Shown here: positions 14,851-25,096 of the stretch, piece after piece
How positions within the stretch are numbered: position 1 is the stretch's first letter
Layout: each line of letters starts with the position of its first letter
Origin: a virus
Taxonomy: Duplodnaviria > Caudoviricetes
Length of the DNA: 64,000 bases
IMG/VR virus record: IMGVR_UViG_3300037483_000378
Coordinates: 16,503-80,502 of that record
Strand: one strand, 5' to 3'
Translations under genes and position numbers: made by a program
Notes under the pieces: model-generated
The model's database searches: none
The model's input: the letters and a program-made list of their open reading frames with translations, nothing else
What the model was told of the DNA's origin: nothing

Positions 14851-17800
14851 CTAAGCCGAGGAACTGTCAACGACCAGGCCCAACCCACTGAGCCCCGTGA
14901 GCAAGCTCGCCAGAGCGGCAACCCCTCCACGACTGCCCGAGACGGTCGGTACACCGGACCCACCCGCACCGAAAAACGCAAGCGTGGACGACGGGTTGAT
15001 TGCGACGACGGCGGCTACGAGGTTTATCCCATCGTTCGCGTGATCGAGCGTCATATACTGCCGCGTCGTCGTGCCATCGTAACTCTCGATCAGCCCCAGC
15101 GGTGGGCTTCCGGCGTCGTGCTTCCACATGTAGTACGGGTTGCTCCCCGCGGGAGCCCCCAGTTTTCCGAAGCGGAACGCCTCCCCTGTGTCCTTGAACA
15201 CCGATACCACGTTCGCGGCATCGATTTGCCCGCCTGTCTTCACCGCGTACCCACCCGGAGACAGATCCACGTAGTAGTCGGTCCCGTCCGCGAAAAACCC
15301 GATCAGCTTGACCCAAGAGCCGCCGAAGTACGTCTGCTCTCCGTAGAGGTAGTGGTCCTCCTTCAATCCGATGTTTTCGACGGGTACGCCGGACGCAGCC
15401 ACGGTCGGCGTGCCGAGGATCAGGCGCGCTCCGTCTACGGTAACCTGCGTCACCCGTGCGGCGTAGGCCAGAATAAGTTCTTGCGCGGTGTGCTTGAACC
15501 GCAGATAGGTCCGAATGTTTGTGAGGTCGTAGGACTCGAAAAGCGCAGACGCCGGCGTATCACTTTCGGTCTTGAACGCATACTGCGGTTCATTGGCGAG
15601 GGGCGCTGAGTCCTTGCCGAATACCAAGTGCTCGTGCTGACTCCCGAGCGCCCCCCACGTTGACCAGACAATCCCTTTCGTGCGGTTGTTGACCTGGATG
15701 GTGTTGTCGTTGTCCTGAAAATCAGGGTCCACGACGCCGGTCGCGTGTGAGTCGTCGGTCACAAGGTCAATGCGGTTGTTCGTGGATGGGTCGCCCGGGT
15801 ACCCAGTGTCGATCACGGCCCACGGCTGCACGTAGAGAAGCCCCTCGTCACCAACCATCTGCGCGCGGATGATGTTGTTGTGGGCATCGAAGAACTTGAG
15901 CCCGGCCTCCTGGTTGCTCATCGAGCGGATATCCAGATTACAGTCCGTCGCGAACACGAGCGCGAACCCGGAAGAGTAGTTTTCCTGCGCCTGAAGGACG
16001 GCCCCGTGGACGCCTTGGGCGGTGACGAGCCACCCGTGCCCCTGGTCCGTCGCTGCATCCTGGCCGTTGCCGAACGATTTACAGTCGGAGTACCTGTCGT
16101 TGGTCCCGTTGGCCACAATTCCAGAAAGGCCAGAATGAGCAACAACGATGCCGTGATGGGTATTGTCGGTCCCCCCGGCGGGCCATGTAAATATTCCGTG
16201 CCTGCCGGAGTTTCTGATTACCACGTCACGGACACTGACCTCGCGGCAGGTGAGACCCTTGAGCAGGCCCCACCCGGAGACGTTGTCGATCAGGACGTGG
16301 TCGAGGAACTGGTGGGAGTCGTTGTACTCGACGCTCGCCGGTGTCGCGGTCAGGAGCACGCCCGGGTTGTAGGCTATCTGGTTCGCCTTGTTGCCGTCAA
16401 TGCGGATGTTGCGCACACCCCATTGCCCGTCGGTCGCACTCTCCGACACCACGACGGGAAGCCCTTCAAGAATCTCATAGGTGATCGTGCCTGGCGTGCC
16501 ACCGAACGGGTCGGTGCCCACACCAGACTCCATCCCGATTGTAAGTTGTGTGGCGGTGTTGGCGGTGATGACGCGCGCTTCGCCACTGAGCGGCCCGCTG
16601 GTAATGCGAGCCGTCCGCATCTTGTGTTCGTCCACCGTCCACGTTTTCCCGGTGTCGTTTAGCGTAGAAGTAGTGTTGCCCCCCGTGGACGTGCCCGAGT
16701 CGATCGTCGTGTGCGCGTTCGCTGCCTGTATGAGCTTGGAGCCCCACCCGTCTCCGCAAATCTCCACGCCCTTCTTCATCGTGAGCGATGACACCTGCAC
16801 GATACCGCCCGCAAAAATCTTCCCGCCGCCAAGCGCAAAAGCCTCATCCACGAGACTCTGCATTTCCGTTGTGTTGTTCGTGGCGCCAGTGATGTCCACT
16901 CCGGCCACGCTCGCATCGAAGAAGACGCCAATCCGCGCTTGGCCGGTGATGGGATCGTCCCCTACGGAGAGCCCCCGACTCAGCATCAGGATTTCGTCGG
17001 TGACGTGCCCGTCGCCATCCACGTCGGTGATGATCGTGCGGATGGACTCGCTTCCGAGCGGGAGAGTCGTCTCCTGCGCAGGTCCCGCATTGCCCGTACC
17101 GAGGTCCGCGCTCACGTCGTCATACGGCGTGACCGTCGCGACCGTCGTCGCGTCCGGGTCGAATCCGTAGACGGTCGCCACGACGCCGTCCTTGGCGGCA
17201 ATGTCCTCCCGAGTCACCACCGCAGGGTCCGCGCCCACGACCACGGAAACCAATAGGCTCTTGACACCATCCGTCTCGCACTGAAAGTGAAGGTCCAACT
17301 CTACGACGGAAAACACTCCGTATGTGGCAACGCGACGCTCCAGCCACACGCTCTTGAGTGCGTTCCGCAAAAACCCGAACGGAATACTCCGCTGAATGGG
17401 CGACGACTTCACGGCGGCCGCCTGCGCGGTGTACGTCGTGCCCACGCAGTTGAACGTCCACCCGGACAGGTACAGTTCCTCGCCGTCCTTCAGCGCGACG
17501 ATGCCCGAGAGCACCGCCGAAAGCTGCACCTGCGTGCCGAAGCCCGTACCCACCAGCGTCGCCACGCCCACGTCCGTATCGTTGGCGAGCGACGGGTCCG
17601 CGTAGGCGTCCGTACCCGCCGCCGCGATCACCGCCTTGAAGCGATACGACAGACTGTCGGTGTCTATGGCGCGGGGCGTCGCGTAGGTTTCGTTCGTGGC
17701 GTCCGTAGTCAGGTCCACGTCGCCGCTCGGGAACACGTCGGAATCCGACTCGCGATACACCACCTCGGAGACAAGCGCCGGAGTGCTGTCGTCCTCCGCA

Positions 17801-20800
17801 TACGCCTCAATCGCCACGTTCGCGGCCCCGTCCGCCGGGTGCGCGAACGTGAAGAACTCCGCCAGCGGGTCCGCTGCGGGACCGACCGACGTGTAGGCTG
17901 GCGGTCCACTGCCCACGTCGTAGGTCCGGTAGTAGAGCGTGACGTTCGTACCCTGCCCGGACGCGACCGCCAGCCACTTCTCGTCGCCGTCCGTGGTGCG
18001 ACCCATGTAGATGAGGGCGACGGTGGGCAGGTTGTCACCCACCTGATAGGTGGATGGCTTGACCTCCAGGTCCGTCACCTGCACCGGCGTCCCGTCTTGC
18101 CCAAAGAACCCGAAGTAAATGCGCTGAATTTTCGCGCCGCTCGGATCGAACGTGTGGATCAGCACGGACCCCGTAGCGTCGATGGCGCCGGTCGCATCTA
18201 CCTCCGCCTCCAGCGGCGCGTCCGTTTCGTCCACGAGCCACTTGATCTGCTCTGCCGGGGCCGTCGCGGTCCAGTGCGCCCACAGCTCGTCGCCGTCCAG
18301 GTCGAGCGTCAGGATGACGCGCCCCTCCAGCAGCTCCACCTTGTACTTCTGCGTGAACATCACCGGCTGCTCCCGCCCCGTCCCGTCGTCTACCTCGTAA
18401 GCAAACCCGGAGAGCCAGAAGGACGTGCCCACGACCCACGTACCACCCATGCTTACCTCTGCCCAGCCCTCGTCGCTCACGGCCGTCACGGACGAAGCAC
18501 GTACCGTCTCCTCGTTCGGGAACCCGCTCGCGTCTGCCGCGAGCCGCACTGACCCGGAGTCCGGCTTGTTCGCGCGCACGCGCAGCGTGGCTGCGCCGTC
18601 GATGTCCCAGACCGGGATCGCTTCGAGGATGCGGGGGAACGCATAGCCGATCCTGGTGATGGCGGCAGAACCAGGCAGGATGTCCTCGTAGTTGCGAATC
18701 CAGATGGTGAGTCTCTGCCCCATCGCGTCATGGACGGCGACCACGGGACCGATCAGCCAGAGCATGCCGCGCAGCGCCCGGTCGTCCGTAGGGCGGCGTC
18801 CCACGAAGCGGTCCGTCTGCACGGCCACCACGTCGCCGATCTCAAGCTCCGGGTGCGGCACCGTGGACGTTACCGTGAGCGTGATCATGCCCATGCCGAG
18901 CGACGCGACCTGGCGTTTCGCGATCAGCTCGGCCAGTCCCGCTACCGGGTCGCCGCCGCCCGTCGTGCCGCTCTGCGGTATCCACTGCGCCACGTGATCG
19001 TCCAGCCTCGGCACGATGCCTTGCCGTACCTGCGTGATGCCGAGCTTCGAGATCGCCTGCGTGTGAAACGCCCTAACCTCTCCGGCATACGCGCCGCCGC
19101 CCTGATCCTGCGCGTCGCTCCAACCCCACGGCACGTAGAACTCCGCCACGCGCTCGGAGTACCCGGGCGACACGGCGTCCACGCTCGCCTCTTCCAGCGG
19201 GATGATGGCCACGGGATGCGGAGCCGGGCCCACGGCCGGATCATGGTGGAGCCGTACCCACTTCAGTCGCCCCTGGCTTGCGATGGTCACGCCGCCCGTC
19301 AGGTAGTCGAGCGCCGTGACCTCCTGCTTGCCGTCCACCTCCATGATCCGCTTCGTGACCCGAGCCGACGCGTCAAGAACGCCGTCGCCGTCCGTGTCGA
19401 TCGTGACGTCCACGGCACCCGGGCCTATGTGCCTGCCGGGGATCTCAAGTTGGCCGGTTAGCAGGTCGTCGCGCGCCGTGCTGATCAGCTCGTTGGCGTA
19501 CTCCTTCGGCTCGCGCTCTCCCGCCACGTCGAGCGGCACGATGCCGCGCAGATAGGCGAGCACGTTCACGCATGGCACGATGCCGCTCGCTCGCTGGCTC
19601 GTCTGGTCTTCGACGAGGAAGCTGTCTAGGAGCATCCACGCATGACGGGCCAGGTTCGGCGACCCGAGCCACGCGCGGAACTCTATCTGACCGATCCAGT
19701 TCTCCGCGAACAGCGTCGTGAAGAAGTCGCGGTAATCGGTGATGCCGTCCTTGATGATCTCGATCGACGCCTGACCGATTTCCGCGTGCAAGTCTACCGG
19801 GTCCACAGCCACTGCGTAGCTGCGCAGCACGGCGATCTCCGTCAGGTCCGTGCGCTCGCGCTCCCGCACGCCGAACCGGCGCACGATGGGGCTCGCGTTG
19901 TCCGGCGTGAGCGTCACGCGCGCGTCGTACGTCTCCGCGGGAGTGAACCCGCTCAAGTCTGCGCCCCCTTCGTCCGTGTTGTCCACGCCTATGACGTCGC
20001 CGTCGAACACCTCTACCCACGACCCGGACGCGGGCACGGCGATCTCGAACGTGAGCGATGATCCGCCAGGCGTCTGACCCGAAGCGACGATCTCTACCTC
20101 GTCCGTTGGCGATGCCCCGAGGTCCAGGCGGTTGCCCGCACCCGTGAACGAGATCGTCTGCTCCGTGAACGTGATCTCTTCGAGCGTGAAGTTCGGCATC
20201 CCGATCTCCACCGTCCTGGAGTACGTCGAGCCGTTCTGCTCGGCGCTTTCCTCGGCGATGGCAGCGAGCTGAACGTGACGCGACGTGTAGCTGACGCCGC
20301 TTTTCTCGGCCTGCGCGGAGTCCCCGAGCCAGGCCACGTTCGTCGCGGCCTCACCCTCACCTGCCACGGCCCAGATGAAGACGTACGTGCGCTGCGAGAC
20401 CGCCGTAGCCAGCGACTCGCCCGCCTGCGTCATCTTCGGGGGCGGGCCGATCCTCACTGCTGACGACACGCCGCGGGACCGGAAATCAAACGTCACGTCG
20501 CTTGGGGACGTGCCGCCCGCATGCGCTACGTCGATGCGCGCAGAGATTGGCTGAAGCGTCCACTCTGCCGTGATCGCGTCCGGGTTCGTGACCTCGGCGA
20601 GACGGAAGAGCTGAGCACGCCACTCCGTTACCGTCACGCCGGTGCCTGCCAGGTCCGGGTCAAGCCGAGCGATGAGCCGGTCGATCTCTCGATCCGACAG
20701 GTCGCCGACGTTGCCCCATTCTACCTCGACGGCGAAGTGCGGGGTCGCGGCATCCAGGTCCGTGATCACCTCGTCCGTGTTGCTCGTTCCGCCGTCTGCC

Positions 20801-21009
20801 GCCGTTTCGCGCGTGCCGAGCAACTTGGCGCCGCCGTCCGCCAGTACCTGGATGCCCGTGAGCGGGCTATCGGCGGCACTCCAGTCGTCAGGAACGTCCT
20901 TCACGTCCTCGCGCACGACCCGGATCGCCTCCACGATCACGGAGGCGTCCGGGTCAGCACGCAGCAGGGCGTTCTGAAGAGCGACGTTGCCTAGCCAGCC
21001 GTCACGCAT
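14851..21009 (-). CDS. large tail hub/central fiber protein with C-terminal pectate-lyase-like beta-helix
   Basis: 2052 aa; DITGATNNTTEMQSLVDEAFALGGGKI..LTMKKGVEICGDG and parallel beta-helix repeats. Confidence 0.8.
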   Translation of the reverse strand: MRDGWLGNVALQNALLRADPDASVIVEAIRVVREDVKDVPDDWSAADSPLTGIQVLADGGAKLLGTRETAADGGTSNTDEVITDLDAATPHFAVEVEWGNVGDLSDREIDRLIARLDPDLAGTGVTVTEWRAQLFRLAEVTNPDAITAEWTLQPISARIDVAHAGGTSPSDVTFDFRSRGVSSAVRIGPPPKMTQAGESLATAVSQRTYVFIWAVAGEGEAATNVAWLGDSAQAEKSGVSYTSRHVQLAAIAEESAEQNGSTYSRTVEIGMPNFTLEEITFTEQTISFTGAGNRLDLGASPTDEVEIVASGQTPGGSSLTFEIAVPASGSWVEVFDGDVIGVDNTDEGGADLSGFTPAETYDARVTLTPDNASPIVRRFGVRERERTDLTEIAVLRSYAVAVDPVDLHAEIGQASIEIIKDGITDYRDFFTTLFAENWIGQIEFRAWLGSPNLARHAWMLLDSFLVEDQTSQRASGIVPCVNVLAYLRGIVPLDVAGEREPKEYANELISTARDDLLTGQLEIPGRHIGPGAVDVTIDTDGDGVLDASARVTKRIMEVDGKQEVTALDYLTGGVTIASQGRLKWVRLHHDPAVGPAPHPVAIIPLEEASVDAVSPGYSERVAEFYVPWGWSDAQDQGGGAYAGEVRAFHTQAISKLGITQVRQGIVPRLDDHVAQWIPQSGTTGGGDPVAGLAELIAKRQVASLGMGMITLTVTSTVPHPELEIGDVVAVQTDRFVGRRPTDDRALRGMLWLIGPVVAVHDAMGQRLTIWIRNYEDILPGSAAITRIGYAFPRILEAIPVWDIDGAATLRVRANKPDSGSVRLAADASGFPNEETVRASSVTAVSDEGWAEVSMGGTWVVGTSFWLSGFAYEVDDGTGREQPVMFTQKYKVELLEGRVILTLDLDGDELWAHWTATAPAEQIKWLVDETDAPLEAEVDATGAIDATGSVLIHTFDPSGAKIQRIYFGFFGQDGTPVQVTDLEVKPSTYQVGDNLPTVALIYMGRTTDGDEKWLAVASGQGTNVTLYYRTYDVGSGPPAYTSVGPAADPLAEFFTFAHPADGAANVAIEAYAEDDSTPALVSEVVYRESDSDVFPSGDVDLTTDATNETYATPRAIDTDSLSYRFKAVIAAAGTDAYADPSLANDTDVGVATLVGTGFGTQVQLSAVLSGIVALKDGEELYLSGWTFNCVGTTYTAQAAAVKSSPIQRSIPFGFLRNALKSVWLERRVATYGVFSVVELDLHFQCETDGVKSLLVSVVVGADPAVVTREDIAAKDGVVATVYGFDPDATTVATVTPYDDVSADLGTGNAGPAQETTLPLGSESIRTIITDVDGDGHVTDEILMLSRGLSVGDDPITGQARIGVFFDASVAGVDITGATNNTTEMQSLVDEAFALGGGKIFAGGIVQVSSLTMKKGVEICGDGWGSKLIQAANAHTTIDSGTSTGGNTTSTLNDTGKTWTVDEHKMRTARITSGPLSGEARVITANTATQLTIGMESGVGTDPFGGTPGTITYEILEGLPVVVSESATDGQWGVRNIRIDGNKANQIAYNPGVLLTATPASVEYNDSHQFLDHVLIDNVSGWGLLKGLTCREVSVRDVVIRNSGRHGIFTWPAGGTDNTHHGIVVAHSGLSGIVANGTNDRYSDCKSFGNGQDAATDQGHGWLVTAQGVHGAVLQAQENYSSGFALVFATDCNLDIRSMSNQEAGLKFFDAHNNIIRAQMVGDEGLLYVQPWAVIDTGYPGDPSTNNRIDLVTDDSHATGVVDPDFQDNDNTIQVNNRTKGIVWSTWGALGSQHEHLVFGKDSAPLANEPQYAFKTESDTPASALFESYDLTNIRTYLRFKHTAQELILAYAARVTQVTVDGARLILGTPTVAASGVPVENIGLKEDHYLYGEQTYFGGSWVKLIGFFADGTDYYVDLSPGGYAVKTGGQIDAANVVSVFKDTGEAFRFGKLGAPAGSNPYYMWKHDAGSPPLGLIESYDGTTTRQYMTLDHANDGINLVAAVVAINPSSTLAFFGAGGSGVPTVSGSRGGVAALASLLTGLSGLGLVVDSSSA

Positions 21010-24000
21010 CAGCTAGCCTCCCTCATGCTCGTCATGTCATGCGAGCCGAGCGCGATCTTCTCGTCGATCCACCCGAACGCCACGCTCGGGCCCTTGCGCA
21101 CGGACGCGCCGCTCCACGCGGGCGGGCTGATCCTGCCGGTGTCAGTACCCGTCGTCTCTGCGCCGCCGTCCACGGAGACGCCCGCCGTGATCACTCCGGT
21201 CGAAGGCACGTAGTGAACGCGAACCTCCACCTCCTGCCCGAGGGCGACGGACGGTGAAAGGGCTACCTCTGCCACCGTCGTCCCGTCGTCGTACTCCACG
21301 CGGTAGCGTTGCGCCCCGCCCGCGAAGATTCGCAGGCCGGGGTCCGTGCTCCCGTCGTCGATGCGGGAGAGCACTCCCTCGTTCGTCGCGTACGCCTGCC
21401 CGGTCTCGACGAAATAAAGGTACCATGTCAGCTCACGGCTCGATGGGATCACGTAGGCGTCCACGTTCGTCTCCGCAGCCTTCGCCACCGTGCCTTCTGC
21501 GTCGTTCGGGATGGGAAGCGGGCGCACCCTGCCTGCCACGATCGTCGGCATCGCGATGTACACGTATGCGTTGGCCGTGCCGAACGCAACAGCGTCTTCC
21601 ACGCTCAGGTCGAAGTAGGCTTCTGTCGCCCCTGCGTCGATCTGTCGCTGCACGTGAAGCCACTGCCACGCGCCCTTCGCGCTCATGCTTTCGCCCGTAG
21701 TGGTGCCCACGTCGTCCTTGGCTTTCAGCGTCACGTTCGCGGCCGTCACGGCTCCGCCCGTTCGGATTATCACGCCGACTACCATGGAGTACCATGAGCC
21801 GGGAGTCAGCCCGTTAAGTTGCCCGGAGAGCCCCCACCTGTACGCTCGCTGCGCCGTGCCGCTCGGGCCCGTGTCGAACTTAGTCACGCGCTGAAGTCCG
21901 GAACTAGCCATCGCCACGTCGAACGCATCGGGGTCAGCAGATGCCTCGGAGTCCCAGTCCACGATAGTAGCGTTAGCCACGCCCACCGCGTTGCCGAACC
22001 CGGACAGCCCTGGAAGGCTCGTGCCCTTAGTCGCAGTGCTCGCGGCCTGGGTCGCCAGCTCGCTCGTCTGCCCGCTCCGGTACACGGCGATGTCCGGGCT
22101 CACCAGCGCCTGAAGTTCGGCCAGGGTCATCTCGGCGCCGGACTGGGCCTTGAACGAGATCAGGCCGGAGTTGCAGTTGAGGCCCGCGCTAGCGAAGGCG
22201 ATAGAGTTCGTGCCCCACGACGCCGGAAGAGCCTGCGTGGAAATCGCACCATCCAGCGTTGTGTCTTCGGCGCCCCCATTGATGCTCAGCCCAAGCGTGT
22301 TCGCGCCCGCGCTGGTGCGATACCAGCGAATAGCGATGTGGTCGCCAAGGCTCAAACTGACGGTCCAGTAGCCCGACACGATCGCACTCGCGAGAGTGGT
22401 GAACACAACAAGGCGCGAGGTCGAAGCATGGAAATAGCACAGCATCTGGTTGGCGTTTTCGCCCAACTGCCACAGGTACTTGTTCGTCCCCGTATTCGGC
22501 AGATCCAGCACGACGGCTTCGTACAGGTAGTTCGCCTCCTGCGGGGTCGCGTCGAGCAGGTCCACCGTGAGGCTGTCGGCGGCGCGGGTGTCTGTGGACC
22601 CGGACGTGGGGATATACGAACTCGGGACCGGCTGGTCGACCTCAATATCCATGCCCCAGAAATAGGCGCCTGAACTCCCGTCTCCAGCATATGACGCCAC
22701 GCCTACGGAGGTCGTCAGGCCAAACACCACATTCGGAGCCGAGGCGCCCGACAAGAGATCGTAGGAGATCGAACACTTATACCAACCGTCAGAGAAAGCC
22801 GTTATCCACGCGGAATGGCTGGCGTGAGGTGTGACAGTTCCCGTGCCGAGATCGAAATACGACGTGCCCCCAGCTGCTGCCTTGGTATCTCCACGGAGAT
22901 ACACGACGGTGCGCTCAGCGGCCTTGACGAAAACAGACGCCGTGGACTTCTTGTTATCCGAAGGGGAGGGGACGGCCCGGTAGAAGCGGTGATTGTCAGT
23001 GGTCGCAGCCTCAACGACCTTGTCCGCAGTTGATTGACCGTCGGGCGCCGCCACCGCATCCGCAGCAATGCTGATATTGTCCTTGGTCCATACCGCTTGG
23101 GTGATGTCTTCGGCGTAGGTCCATCCATTTGCACTCGCCATCTCCAGCAGCGTGACCCGGCGCGATACCGAGTCGTTCGTGGTCAGGCGGTGCCGGTTAC
23201 GCAGCACGTTGGCCGCGACGGCCTCAACGTCATCCCAGGTGATTTGAGTCGCGGTATCGTTGCGCGTGACAGCCGGCACCGAGCCGTAGGCAGTCTTCCA
23301 CGAGTGCGTCGCACCTGAGTCGGTGGAGTGCGGGCCGTAGAGGACCAGCTTGTCGGAGTGGCGGTTGGCCCATTCCTCGATGGCCATTCCGGCGCCCGCG
23401 TTGAAGCGGTCGGTGATCGGGTCGGCGGAGCTTCCGTCGTTGGTGACGAGGAGGTTGAGGGCGCCTTCAAGGCTGCGAAGCCCAGTGCTGGACTGGCCAA
23501 CAAATGCTGTATAGCTACCGGCGGTGATCGCGTTCGCGTTAGCGTCGGAATCGGTTTCCAACGTGCCATCGTCGTTCGTATCGGCGTAAGCGGTCTGTGT
23601 TACACCATCCCAGCGCGCCCCAAAAAATACAGGCGTACCCGCAGTGAAAGCCTTGGTGAGAAACGACGATACCGTGACTCCCCCAGCGGTTACGTAACAC
23701 CTCAGTTCGCCACCCGTTTCTTTCCGCAGGATAACGCGGTCCGTGCCACTAAGGTTGATGTGGCATAGGTCGCGAGCAACCCCATCCGTGTTGGCGAAGT
23801 CCGGAATGAACCACGCCGAAATCGTCCAACTATCCGGGTCCCAATTGGCGGGCATGGTGATCTGGAGGTCGTCCCCAGCCTCGATCCGAATCGCGTACTC
23901 GCCCGATAGGTCCGTGACGGCGTCAAGCTCCACCAGCTCGAAGTCCGCCTCGCTACCGCCGGGGATCGCATGCTCGACGAGCTGCGTGAGCGCGCCCTCC

Positions 24001-24239
24001 ATCGGCACGGCCAGCGTCTCACGCACGTCGTCACCGTCGAGGTCCATGAAGCTCACGCGCACGGCATCGACCTCAGCGAGCCGAAGCACGCCGTTGCGGT
24101 CGAACACCGCGGCAGTACTCGCGCGAGCGTACGTCTCCACCACCTCCTCGAACCCGGCAGTGCGCTTGCGCAGCGTGCCGAATCGCTCCAGCGGCGCGCC
24201 GCCCGCACGATAAACCAACTGATCCCCTCTCACCGACAT
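21009..24239 (-). CDS. minor tail protein with LamG and carbohydrate-binding (spike-fiber-type) modules
   Basis: 1076 aa; WTKDNISIAADAVAAPDG...SSYIPTSGSTDTRAAD; LamG-like segments. Confidence 0.75.
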   Translation of the reverse strand: MSVRGDQLVYRAGGAPLERFGTLRKRTAGFEEVVETYARASTAAVFDRNGVLRLAEVDAVRVSFMDLDGDDVRETLAVPMEGALTQLVEHAIPGGSEADFELVELDAVTDLSGEYAIRIEAGDDLQITMPANWDPDSWTISAWFIPDFANTDGVARDLCHINLSGTDRVILRKETGGELRCYVTAGGVTVSSFLTKAFTAGTPVFFGARWDGVTQTAYADTNDDGTLETDSDANANAITAGSYTAFVGQSSTGLRSLEGALNLLVTNDGSSADPITDRFNAGAGMAIEEWANRHSDKLVLYGPHSTDSGATHSWKTAYGSVPAVTRNDTATQITWDDVEAVAANVLRNRHRLTTNDSVSRRVTLLEMASANGWTYAEDITQAVWTKDNISIAADAVAAPDGQSTADKVVEAATTDNHRFYRAVPSPSDNKKSTASVFVKAAERTVVYLRGDTKAAAGGTSYFDLGTGTVTPHASHSAWITAFSDGWYKCSISYDLLSGASAPNVVFGLTTSVGVASYAGDGSSGAYFWGMDIEVDQPVPSSYIPTSGSTDTRAADSLTVDLLDATPQEANYLYEAVVLDLPNTGTNKYLWQLGENANQMLCYFHASTSRLVVFTTLASAIVSGYWTVSLSLGDHIAIRWYRTSAGANTLGLSINGGAEDTTLDGAISTQALPASWGTNSIAFASAGLNCNSGLISFKAQSGAEMTLAELQALVSPDIAVYRSGQTSELATQAASTATKGTSLPGLSGFGNAVGVANATIVDWDSEASADPDAFDVAMASSGLQRVTKFDTGPSGTAQRAYRWGLSGQLNGLTPGSWYSMVVGVIIRTGGAVTAANVTLKAKDDVGTTTGESMSAKGAWQWLHVQRQIDAGATEAYFDLSVEDAVAFGTANAYVYIAMPTIVAGRVRPLPIPNDAEGTVAKAAETNVDAYVIPSSRELTWYLYFVETGQAYATNEGVLSRIDDGSTDPGLRIFAGGAQRYRVEYDDGTTVAEVALSPSVALGQEVEVRVHYVPSTGVITAGVSVDGGAETTGTDTGRISPPAWSGASVRKGPSVAFGWIDEKIALGSHDMTSMREAS

Positions 24240-24252
24240 CGCGTCGTCTCCG

Positions 24253-25092
24253 TCAGATCAGCTTCGGTGCCGTTTCCACCAGCGGGAAACTCGTCTGCAT
24301 GAACCCCCACCCCCCCGCCTCCTCGAAACGATACGTCCCGGCTGGGACCTGACCCAGCCACGCACGCTCTGCTTTCGCCTGGTCCGGCACGTACCACGTC
24401 GGACGACGACGCCATGCCTGCGTCTCGATGTGGATGCGCGCCACGTCGTATTCCGCCCAGTCCTGAAGCTGGAGGTTGATCGTCGTCTCGTATCGCTGCG
24501 CTGCCCTACTCGCACCGACCCATGCCGTGTCGCTTTCCACCTCCGTAAACGAGAGCCGTCGCCCGTGCGGCGCGAACGGCAGCGCCTGGAGGAACGCTGG
24601 CTCCCAGCTCAGGTCCACGTAGAGCCCTACCACGAGCGGACGCAGCCCGGCACCCATGGCCGGGACGTAGAGCCTCCAGTCGCGATAAGCGCGCGGCGTG
24701 AAGCGCCGAAGCCAGGCGCCCTCTTCTGTGAGCGTACCCGGATCCTCGCGCAGGTCCGACGGGGCATAGACGGAAGCGGGAACGGTCACGTCCACGATGG
24801 TATCCGTGGTGGTGAAGTTGTCGTTGCTTCCTTGCACCTTCACCTGCCGCCCTGCGAGGTTGTGCCCGCGATCGAGCGCGACGAAGTCCGCCATGCGCAC
24901 GCGGTCGCACCGCACCTTGAGCCACCATGCAGCGTTGGCCGTTGCCGACGTAGCCGCGTTGAGCGACGAGCGCCTTCCCGTCCCCGCACGGAACGCCTCG
25001 TTCCCGGAAGGCTCCTCAAGCGCGCTCACGGCGTGGTCCGGATACATGACGGTGTTCAGGAAGTTGCCGGAGCAGAAGAGGGGGTTGGCCAC
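24253..25092 (-). CDS. distal tail (Dit)-like protein
   Basis: follows tape measure; discoidin-like N-terminal part (HNLAG..VKVQGSNDNF). Confidence 0.6.
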   Translation of the reverse strand: MANPLFCSGNFLNTVMYPDHAVSALEEPSGNEAFRAGTGRRSSLNAATSATANAAWWLKVRCDRVRMADFVALDRGHNLAGRQVKVQGSNDNFTTTDTIVDVTVPASVYAPSDLREDPGTLTEEGAWLRRFTPRAYRDWRLYVPAMGAGLRPLVVGLYVDLSWEPAFLQALPFAPHGRRLSFTEVESDTAWVGASRAAQRYETTINLQLQDWAEYDVARIHIETQAWRRRPTWYVPDQAKAERAWLGQVPAGTYRFEEAGGWGFMQTSFPLVETAPKLI

Positions 25093-25096
25093 GCCG

